A stretch of DNA of 18,900 nucleotides from Python bivittatus (taxonomy: Eukaryota), in the NCBI RefSeq assembly GCF_000186305.1, contig NW_006532411.1, positions 170,404-189,303 on the forward strand, read 5' to 3'. Positions 10,569 through 18,900 of the stretch are shown piece after piece; positions within the stretch are counted from its first letter, which is position 1, and the number at the start of each line of letters is the position of its first letter. The translations under genes and the position numbers were made by a program. The notes under the pieces were generated by a model that worked only from the letters and a program-made list of their open reading frames with translations, had not been told where the DNA came from and made no database searches.

Positions 10569-11311
10569 CTGGAAAGGACAATGGTTTATTACACGAGCTA
10601 GCTAGGCCCCAACCCATATATGATAGGGGCGGGGAAAGAGTGGTCTGCTTCTGACTTGGCCAAGTCAAGACAATGCCTAGGAAGAAAGGAGATGGAAGCT
10701 ATTGTTCCTGGTTCCATGCATAGAAGGGAGGTCCTTGTAAAATATGGTAAGGTATTTAGGGGAAAAAATCAAATGGATCCTATTTTCATTTTAACCAGTA
10801 CAATTATTTACTTAAAACATATTCCTAAGAGCTTTATCAATGTTTTAATTTTTACCATTAGCATTTCCTGAGCCAATAATTTCAATGGAGATAAAAAATA
10901 GAGAAAAAAATTACATTCATATGGGATGCCATGAGAAAAAAGGGGAGAGTTTAAAGGAATATTTTGGCCCTAGGAGTCCTGAAAAACAATTGGGTCTGAC
11001 TCATTTTTGCCTACTTGACTGGCAACAGATTAGTGGAATCTCAGGATTCCTCACATTTCCTAATATCTGTTTGTTTCAACTGAGGATATCAGGAGCGAAG
11101 CCATAATCTTCTACATAGATCTGCATGTGCCCTCCAGGAATGTGGAACCTATGGCCCTCCACATTTGGCTGAAGTAGTGCACTCAGGCTTTCTCACCATT
11201 GGGTCTGCTGGTTGGGGCCATTGGGAACTGTACTTCAGCCACATCTGGAGGACCACACATCTCCCCTCTCTGCTGAAAGCAAAGTTTCCTTCCTTGACAA
11301 TTGTCACTTAC

Positions 11312-11435
11312 CAGGTCCTTCAAACAACCATTCATCTCCAGCAACATATTTGCCCCCCTGGTCATCCTCAAAGTCCAACAGGGCTTTCAGATGGAGGGCG
11401 GTGTTAGCCAAGACAATTTGTAAAGGTGTAACATC
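11312..11435 (-). CDS. MVP: MVP coding exon: [41 protein letters not shown](G)
   Basis: Manual minus translation matches human [42 protein letters not shown]. Acceptor tctag|GAT (ag at 11436-11437). Donor CCTG|gtaagtgac with gt at 11310-11311 (phase 1). Confidence 0.85.
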
Positions 11436-11945
11436 CTAGAGAAACAGATGAACAAAGGGGCTATGGTAACAAAAGCAATGCCAGGGACTATTCTGTAGTG
11501 TCAAGTCTTGCGAGGCTGGCAAACTCAGGAAACAGGAACCATTTGGATTTCTGGAAAGATCTTTATTAGTAGTAAAGTAAATTGAATACATCCAAAAAAT
11601 TGAATAAAATTGAATTGAATAAACAAATATAGAATCTTGAAAACTTACCAAAGTAATTCTCCAGCACAACTTATACCTAGTATAATTAAGGTGAGATTAC
11701 CCTGAGTCTCTTTCTCATACTTCCCTCCTCCCCTGAACTCAAGAATCACTTCTGAAATGTCTCTGTCTCCTCCCTTACCTGTCATTTTACCTCCTCTGTG
11801 TTCTCACGTTCCCTTAGGCATTCCATCACATGTAGAAAATTACAGCATGGGATTCATACATTCTCCCACCCTTGCTACAAGAGGTCTCCAACTGATTACT
11901 CATTGTGGGCCATTTGAGGAGAAGAGAAATTAATACACCTCCTAC

Positions 11946-12141
11946 CTGTTTTAGTTCCTCTCCTGGATATAAAGGGAAAGGGTCCTGAGCCATTCTGATC
12001 TCCAAGTCAGCATGCGCAAGCCGGACCTGCCCCAAAGCATCAAGTTGGACTGCCCCATCTGTTCCATGAACCACTGGATTGAGGATGATACAGTAATGTC
12101 GTGGCGAAACCATCACCATCTTCTTTGGGGCTAATATGATC
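11946..12141 (-). CDS. MVP: MVP coding exon: (R)[65 protein letters not shown]
   Basis: Minus ORF 11826..12305 matches human [66 protein letters not shown]. Acceptor ctacttcag|G (ag at 12142-12143) completes the AG|G Arg codon from the previous exon. Donor CAG|gtagga with gt at 11944-11945. Confidence 0.88.
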
Positions 12142-13240
12142 CTGAAGTAGGAAAGAAGTGTGGTGATGGTGGTGGAAATGCAAAAGGAGAAATAAGATCT
12201 TGGGCTTCTAGGCTCCTGGTTAGAGATGACCTTCAGCGTGACTTCCTCAAGTTCAGGCATGCTTCTTATTTGACCTAAGTTTTGCAAAACATTGCAGAGT
12301 GACACTCTTGAGAGATGTTTGCTAAGTTCAGGCTAGGACTTGGAGTGGGCTACTTTTGGGGGGCAGTTAATGCTTTTGGAGGGGCATGGTGGATGCAGCC
12401 ATGCAATGTGCATGAGGCAGAGAAGGATCTATTCCAATTTTCTGGGAAGACATGGTGATTCTTCTTAATTCCTTTATCTACTTGAAGCCTGCTTTAGATT
12501 TATACTTCACTATTTGTCTGTTTCTCATCTCAAAACAGTGGGAAACCAAAATTCAACTCTGTCATTAGAGGAGACTTCAGAACTTGCAAAAATAGCTTTC
12601 AAAGGTTCAGAAAGTCCTGAAGCTGCTCTTTGCTCATCCTGGGCAAAGGTTACAGGTGTTATTCAAACCGCCAATGTGACTGTACAGAAAGTGCCACAAG
12701 GGTGGCAGAAAACCAGAAGAAAGTCAAGGGATCCAATCAAAGCACAAAGGTGAGCATTTGAGGGAGGAGAAAAGAGAAAGGTAAAGAAACACTCCCTCAA
12801 AGCAGCCACGCAAGCGATCCCCATCCAAAACTTAGCTTGGGGCTCACCCAAGGAAGCACCTCCTGTTACTGGTTCAAAGGCCTCGTAACAAATACTGTAC
12901 TCAGAGTATGCAAAGAGCAGAGTTTCTTCACCCCAGCCCTGAAGAAAGCAGGGAAGACGTGGGCCCCTGCTTCCTCCTCCTGCAGGTTAACGCCTGGGCT
13001 CAGCAGGAAGACTGAGCGGCCGCTCCCGTGGGGGAAGCTTGGGAGAAAAGCAAAAGGAGCTGGTTCTCCTTATGCAAACAGAAAATGTCTTTCTATTTTG
13101 TTGCAAAACTCTGGGCCAATCGGAGCGGTCTTCCAGGCCCCAGCCAGGCGACCATTCCGCCAGGGAAGCGAGAGACGCGAAACTTCGCCCGGCGGTTACC
13201 GTGTTTTCCTGGTTACGGTCCTCTTTCTGACGTGACTCAC

Positions 13241-13362
13241 CTCTCATTATCCTGGCGGATGTAGGTCTTGGGCCCCGTTTCCACGCGGGTGACGTTGGAG
13301 TTCTGATCCAAGACATGGATGTAGTGGTAGGGAGGGATCCGGATAATTGACTCATTCGCCAT
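13241..13362 (-). CDS. MVP: MVP first coding exon with initiator [43 protein letters not shown](R)
   Basis: Minus-strand ATG at 13362-13360 in a good Kozak context (gacaacATGG). The translation is nearly identical to the human MVP N-terminus [42 protein letters not shown]. Donor GAGAG|gtgagtcac with gt at 13239-13240 (phase 2). Confidence 0.88.
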
Positions 13363-13366
13363 GTTG

Positions 13367-13583
13367 TCTGCCAAGCAGCGGTGCAAAGGAAGAGCAATCG
13401 TATTTTAGAAAAATGCCAGAAAATATCACGGCAGGGCTGCCCGCTGAGTCATCCCCCTCTTTGCTTTACCCAGGGAGGCTTTTAGAGAAGCCTGCAATCT
13501 CTCTCACATCCGCCAGCCCGTCAGGGCGCTTAATCCTTCAAGAACGCAGCTTGGCTTTTAACTCAGCAACCCACACCCTTACG
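13367..13583 (-). other. MVP: Hypothetical small intron (13372..13582) separating a non-coding exon 1 from the ATG-containing exon
   Basis: On the minus strand: cgcttcacc|gtaagggtg (donor gt at 13581-13582) and a pyrimidine-rich run then ttggcag|ACAACATGG (acceptor ag at 13368-13369) just upstream of the start codon. Sequence-only inference. Confidence 0.25.
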
Positions 13584-14889
13584 GTGAAGCGACACACCCG
13601 CTCCGTAAAATCATGTTCCCCTGGCAATTGCGGAGAAGCCTAGCTCGGCGTGCAACGACCGTCGCCGAATCTGGCTGTCAAGATTTGCTTTGCTGGGTGA
13701 AAAAGAAACCCACACAAACATTCGAGGTTTTGCACGTGCTGGCCGAGAGAGATCCACACTAACACCCTCGTTCCTCAAAGGCTGAGCCTTGGTGGGAAAG
13801 TCGATTTCACTCACTCATTTAGAATTAACGATTGTACGTGTCAGCGCATAATGCTGCACTTTGGGAAACTTCTTAGCTCAAAGATGGATCGGTTAAAAAA
13901 AAAAGTATTGCAAAGGAAAGTTTTTATAGTGACAGAGGGAAGGGGGGCTATCAAATGCATGGCCCACGCCGACGTGGAACAGTGCATACTGGGGAGACAA
14001 GGGTAAAGCCGATGAGCTAAACTTACCAGGCGGAGTTGCTTTCTGGAGCTTCGGTGACAGTAGACTGGGACTTTCTCTAATACATTTATTTCCTGGTTTA
14101 GAGGAGGAGCAAACTGAAGCGGGTCAGAAAAATGTTAAAGGAGAAGCAGATTTCAGATGTAGTAGTCATTCAGAGTTTTGCAGCCAAATATAATAGCCCT
14201 GCCAAAGTACTGTAGGCTATATAGGTTCAAGGAGGGTTCTCATAGGATCGGGAGAATGCTTGAGAACACAAGAGACTTCTCCACAAGCTTGGTGAGGGGC
14301 AATAAGATGCTTTCCCCCCTACACTTTTTGGGAGATTTCACAAGTATCAGATAGAATGGAGTGAAAATAACATGGCCATCTAACTCATGACTCTGCTGAG
14401 TTACGCATAGCAGGCTGAACCAGGAAAATCGATCATAAAGAATGGGGATTGGGAAGATCCTTTACAGTAATGTATGATGGAGAAAGCAAAGGAGAGCATT
14501 GCTCTGGGGACCTTTCCTGAGCAGGAGGAAGGAAATTATTTATGGGATTATTCAGAATAATTGACAGACTGTCTACAGCCAAGCTAAAAATTGGGATAAT
14601 AAGTCTGGTAGCGCCCTTTCCAACTAGCAAAGTATAAGCTTTTGTGAGCTGCAACTCGCTTCCTAAGGTGCATAGAGTGGCTAGACTAATACAGAATTTA
14701 AATTGGGATAAGGTGGGGGGAAAGGGAGAGGAAGACAGGTTGGTTATGCAGGTTACATGAGAGAGAGATTAAAGGACCCTATTAATTAACTATTTTAATG
14801 GGTTAAAAACCCATTGTCTCATAAGAGACCTTCTGAGATTGCCTGAAACCAGTTTCTCACTCAATGATGCTGTCAAACTCCTCCTTTTC

Positions 14890-15065
14890 CAAAACAGGCA
14901 CTTTGAGGTCTGCTGCGGAGTGTCCTGGCAGATAGAAACACTTTGATCCTACCCTGACAGAGTTAGTGGCACTAAGTCACCCAGTGAGCCTCCATGGTTG
15001 AGGGTGGACTTGAATCTGGGGTTCTTCAGTCAGTCCAACCCCTCAGCCATTACAACACACAGGCT
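14890..15065 (-). mobile_element. tRNA-derived, MIR-like SINE copy in minus orientation
   Basis: Minus strand reads ..ggttggactgactgaagaaccccagattcaagtccaccctcaacc.. (tRNA-like T-arm) followed by ctcactgggtgacttagtgccactaactctgtcagggtagga, a MIR-like core similar to 'tgaccttgggcaagtcact'. Confidence 0.45.
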
Positions 15066-15131
15066 CTATTTTTAAAAGTTGTTAGAAACTGCTAGCTGAC
15101 CAGGAAACAGACTTCTGCATTACATATAGAT

Positions 15132-15232
15132 CAGTGTTTCTCAACCTTGGCAACTTTGGTGGACATGCTGGCTGGGGAATTCTGGGAGGTGAAGTCCACA
15201 CATCTTAAAGTTGCCATAGTTGAAAAACATTG
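15132..15232. mobile_element. Fold-back module: truncated direct arm 15132-15167 joined to a full inverted arm 15168-15232
   Basis: cagtgtttctcaaccttggcaactttggtggacatg|ctggctggggaattctgggaggtgaagtccacacatcttaaagttgccatagttgaaaaacattg. Confidence 0.7.
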
Positions 15233-16013
15233 GTTTAATTCAATCTATGGCTAGATTTCTATGATATAGTGAGCCATAATGTGGTGGTGCTTTGGTTTAG
15301 CATATGCCATGACCCCCCCCACTGTGGTCTGTAGACCACAATGATTTGTACACCATCCAACATCGCCAGCCAGCACAGCCGAGAGTAAGGGATCCTGGGA
15401 ATTGAGTTCCGCAACAGCTGAAAGATTGCACATCACACACCTGTGCTGTATGGCTTTGGGCTAGATGATTCCAAGCAATTACTCTAGTTAATTCAGTAAA
15501 TTATAGTTAAGTAAACCAAGGCTTGGCATGATGTATGAATCCAGCCTATGTCTCAGGAATAGAATATATCCTCTGCACACTTAGAAACTCCAGTTTCAAT
15601 AATTAGCTTAGTTGATTGAAAGGTGTCATTTAATACAGTTGAGAGAAAAAAAGTTGAAACTTCAGAAAGTGATAGCAAATATCCAGAATATTCTGGATAT
15701 AAGTGGGCCTGAAGCTTGTGAAAGCTGTGTTAAAATTCTGCCTGGTTATGGATTCTGAAAGGTATCCAAATCCTGCTCAAAACAAACATGTTGTTAACAA
15801 GCTTCCCTTCCTTGGGCATGTCAAAACTCCATTTTAGCTGCTGTATGAAAAAAGAAAATGAGACAGCTGATCCTTTTTTCCATCATCAGTTTCCATGCAG
15901 GAAGAATTTGGCCCAGCTGTTATAAACATATCAGGAAAACAGTTAACTACTCTACTGCCAAGGTAGACCAGATCAGGAAACTGACTCTACAGGAAGACTA
16001 GAACTCTACTTTA

Positions 16014-16325
16014 TTGATATAGGCTACAGCAGTGTTTCTCAACCTTGGCAACTTTAAGATGTGTGGGCTTCAACTCCCAGAATTCCCCAGCCAGCCTAGC
16101 TCAACACAGCTTTCACAAGCTTCAGGCCCACTTATATCCAGAATATTCTGGATATAAGTGGGCCTGAAGCTTGTGAAAGCTGTGTATTGATATAGGCTAC
16201 AGCAGTGTTTCTCAACCTTGGCAACTTTAAGATGTGTGGGCTTCAACTCCCAGAATTCCCCAGCCAGCCTAGCTCTGGGAGTTGAAGTCTACACATCCTA
16301 AAGTTGCCAAGGTTGAGAAGCTCTG
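16014..16325. repeat. Complex rearranged block: 89-bp direct repeat DR1 (16014-16102, includes a module direct arm); perfect 82-bp palindrome (16104-16185); DR2 (16187-16275); module inverted arm (16276-16325)
   Basis: ttgatataggctacagcagtgtttctcaacc...ccagccagcctagctc occurs twice. Between the two copies lies acacagctttcacaagcttcaggcccacttatatccagaatattctggatataagtgggcctgaagcttgtgaaagctgtgt, which is exactly self-complementary. Confidence 0.8.
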
Positions 16326-16522
16326 GGCTACAGTAACAGAATCTTATACATCTGCCTCTGTTTTCCCTTCCTTCCTCTTATACCCAGGAATCTGAGGGGA
16401 GCCAGTCTGAGATTCCTTCTCATACTTTCCCACTTCCCCCCTTAATGCACACTTCTTTTGCACCTGTTGTCTTAACAACTTCTGGATGGCTTCTCCAAGG
16501 TCATCTCCATGGCTCCCTATGC

Positions 16523-16612
16523 CAGTGTTTCTCAACCTTGGCAACTGCTGGCTGGTGAATTCTGGGAGTTGAAGTCTACACATCTTAAAGTTGCTGAGGT
16601 TGAAAAACACTG
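16523..16612. mobile_element. Fold-back module: truncated direct arm 16523-16546 joined to a full inverted arm 16547-16612
   Basis: cagtgtttctcaaccttggcaact|gctggctggtgaattctgggagttgaagtctacacatcttaaagttgctgaggttgaaaaacactg. Confidence 0.7.
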
Positions 16613-16694
16613 TCCCACACTAACCTATATTCAGTTGTGTAAGTTGATTACTATTCACATTAAAGAATACTGCTTTGTGGAAGAAGACTGAAGA

Positions 16695-17045
16695 TGGTAT
16701 TGTCCTAGAATCATAGTGTTGGAAAAGACCTAAGAAGTCATCAAGCCCAACCCCCTGCACACTGCAGGATTTGCTACAACATACCCAATAGATGACCATC
16801 CAGCCTCCATCTGAAAACCTCCAGCAAAGAGGAAGAAACCAAGTAACCTATTCCACTGATTGACAGCTCTCACTGTCAAGAAGTTCTTCCTCATATCTAA
16901 TCCGTATCTCTACACCCTTGAAGTTTCATCCCATTAGTTGTAGTCTTACCCTCTGGAGCAAGTGAGAATAAGTCCAAGTGCTCTACAATGTGACAGCCCT
17001 TCAGATATTTGAAGACACCTATCATATCCCCCCCCTCTCTCTTTT
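16695..17045 (+). mobile_element. Interspersed repeat copy (SINE/CR1-associated type, family not named)
   Basis: Starts agaatcatagtgttggaaaagacc..caagcccaaccccctgcac..gatgaccatccagcctccatctgaaaacctccag..ctattccactgattgacagctctcactgtcaagaagttcttcctcat. I recognise this pattern as a recurrent reptile repeat. Recognition is from memory only, with no database check. Confidence 0.4.
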
Positions 17046-17117
17046 TTTTAATATGGATACTGTATGCTCAACAAATAGTCTGCCTCCTGAACTGTTGCAA
17101 CCTCAGAAATACCTATA

Positions 17118-17480
17118 GGTAGTCCTTGACCTATGACCACAATTGGGACTGAAACATCCATTGCTAAGTGATGTGGTCATTAAGTGAGTCGTGCCCAATT
17201 TTATGACCTTTTTGCTGCAGTCATTAAGCAAATCTGGCTTTACCCATTGATTTTGCTTATCAGAAACCCACTGGGAAGGTTGCAAATGGCGATCACATGA
17301 CCCTAGGACTCTGCAACCATTGTAAATGCATGCCAGCTGCCAAGCACGCAAATTTTGATCATGTGACTGCAGGGATGCTGCGATAGTTGTAAGTGTGAGG
17401 GGCGGTTGTAGTTAACTTTTTTCACTGCCGTTGTAACTTTGAATGGTCATTAAACGAATGGCTGTAAGTTGAGGACTACC
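17118..17480. mobile_element. Non-autonomous MITE-like element of about 363 bp with imperfect terminal inverted repeats
   Basis: Left end ggtagtccttgacctatgacc, right end ggctgtaagttgaggactacc; reverse-complemented they match at 15 of 21 positions. No coding capacity inside. It resembles a very common squamate repeat family that I recall but cannot name confidently. Confidence 0.55.
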
Positions 17481-18900
17481 TGTATAGCAGATCACCAAAC
17501 ACAGTCATACAGTATCTGGGCTGCAAAAATTCAGACAAATATGAAAGGATAGGAAAAGTTTGTTTTCTGAATCTCAGTACCGACTTCTGTAGAGACTTCT
17601 GCTAAAGAGCAAAATACAGTATTTGAAACCTACAATGGAAAATGAACAATTAAAGCAGAAATAGCTATATGGTCGATGTGATTAGCTCACAGCAAACTCT
17701 ACCAACAGTAAAACAGAATTTGGCCACAAACAGGCCTAAGGATCAGCTAATACAGCTGTACATAAAATAGTTCTGAATGGTCTGAAAACTTAGTTAAAAA
17801 GGGAGTAAAATGAACAGTAGAGCAAAAACGTGAGCCTTATTTTGAATCGCCCCTTTGCCATAAAGGCAGAGCCTTCATATATACAGTGTAAGAGGTTTTT
17901 CTGAATTTCCCTTGAAGAACAGCCATTGTGAGCACACTACAATGTGCTATGGTTAATGCTCTTCCAAATTTCAAGGTGGTTATATGATTTAAGTATCTTG
18001 CTGGTATTCCTAACTAACTACCTGGTAGGGACAGCTATTCAAACATATCTCTAGGGACAGCCACATGTCAATCTCTTTGCTGCCATCTACTGACTCTCAA
18101 GACCTTTGCAGTTCCATCATGGCATGCCAACCAAAGTTGTATCATCTCCCATTCCAACATTTTAAGCCATATACCCACTGCAAAGTGGCTCAGCTGTTCT
18201 GTTTTGCAGCCTAAGGAATCATGGGATCACATGGGATTGAGGGTCCAAAACATCATCCCTAAAACATCACGCCTAGGAATTTTGGGTGGATGTGTGTGGA
18301 TGTGTGTAGGGGAGAACAATAGTACTTAAAGGACTGTATATTTGCTAAGCCTATAATAGGTCAACTGAAAAACATAATTAAAATTTTCTGTACCCCTCTG
18401 GTATCATCTGTAGGTTGTTTGGATTATTATACATAAAAACCCCAAATAAAGTTGTGGACTGCAACCCATTACATTTTATGGATCAAGTGCTGTCCCAAGT
18501 TATTTGTTGGACAGGTGAATGACTTTGAATATAGGGTAAGCCTACTTTGGAAATAATTTGAAAGAAGTGATTCAGACTTCCCGTGACCTGAGCACCTCTC
18601 TGCTGTTCATTAAAGCTGTGTGCTTTTCCAGACTTTGTTGGCTGCTGCTTTAAGGAATCCACCTCTTAAAGTTAAAAATGACTTTTAAAACACCTTTTGC
18701 TTATTTGAAGTGTGAAGATCTTTTTTCAAACCATGTTCTATTTTAATTCATGATGCGAGAAGATCATAAACTGCTGAGAGAGATTGCTCAGTATTAATGA
18801 CACAGTATTCAAAAGCTGTTCTTGGGGATAACACAGATACATGGAATGCATGCCAAGTCAGTTAATAGGATTAGATTATAAATGTTTGTTATCTGAGGAG

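Larger units (their letters stand above)
12950..13800 (-). promoter_or_regulatory. MVP: CpG-rich block around the MVP 5' end. It likely spans the promoter, a possible non-coding exon 1 and intron 1. AP-1-like heptamers TGACTCA at 13233-13239 and TGAGTCA at 13445-13451.
   Basis: CpG dinucleotides are dense here (about 18 CpG in 12960-13240; many more in 13400-13680) compared with near-absence elsewhere in the window. The block sits immediately 5' of the ATG on the coding strand. I see no TATA box. Confidence 0.5.

Noticed and set aside
12514-12753. 79-aa plus-strand ORF in MVP intron 1
   Set aside because: No similarity to anything I recognise, no Kozak or splice context, and it is antisense to MVP. 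The length is within chance for the local composition.
13347-13643. 98-aa plus ORF starting inside the MVP first coding exon, as a divergent gene
   Set aside because: No recognisable homology. It is most likely an artefact of low stop-codon frequency in GC/CpG-rich promoter sequence.
1-16612. Recurring 65-bp element as a CRISPR repeat array
   Set aside because: Copies are separated by hundreds to thousands of bp with no regular spacing. They occur in both orientations and as self-complementary hairpins. They lie in introns of a vertebrate gene and have SINE-like flanks.
17103-17351. 82-aa minus ORF
   Set aside because: Lies entirely inside the MITE-like repeat. The predicted peptide is low-complexity.
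1-18900. Possibility that the window is a prokaryotic or phage accessory region containing a defence system
   Set aside because: Every long conserved ORF is a fragment bounded by GT-AG splice sites. The fragments assemble into a vertebrate MVP protein. CpG depletion, a CpG island, microsatellites and SINE/MITE copies all indicate a vertebrate nuclear locus. No operon-like gene packing exists.

Overview
This window is vertebrate genomic DNA, not a prokaryotic locus. It has GT-AG introns, a CpG-rich 5' end, microsatellites, and dense SINE and MITE copies whose families look squamate (lizard-like). I found no operon, CRISPR array or defence-island architecture.

The main content is the N-terminal two thirds of the major vault protein gene (MVP) on the minus strand. 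There are 11 coding exons between about 13362 and 496, with the ATG at 13362-13360. Spliced together they encode about 589 aa: [41 protein letters not shown]...VTFDDFHK. This is colinear with human MVP through the vault repeat domains into the shoulder region. The rest of the gene lies beyond coordinate 1. Upstream of the ATG (about 12950-13800) is a CpG-rich putative promoter with a possible short non-coding first exon. No second gene is supported in 13800-18900.

The most unusual sequence-level features are repeats. A roughly 65-bp fold-back module (cagtgtttctcaaccttggcaactttaagatgtgtggacttcaactcccagaattccccagccagc) occurs at least 9 times. Many copies are near-perfect hairpins with one arm variably truncated. 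Six sit in MVP introns in both orientations, and the module also forms the 3' end of a longer element of about 440 bp. A perfect 82-bp palindrome at 16104-16185 sits between 89-bp direct repeats and derives from sequence about 400 bp upstream. I also call a MITE with terminal inverted repeats (17118-17480), two further interspersed repeats and several microsatellites.
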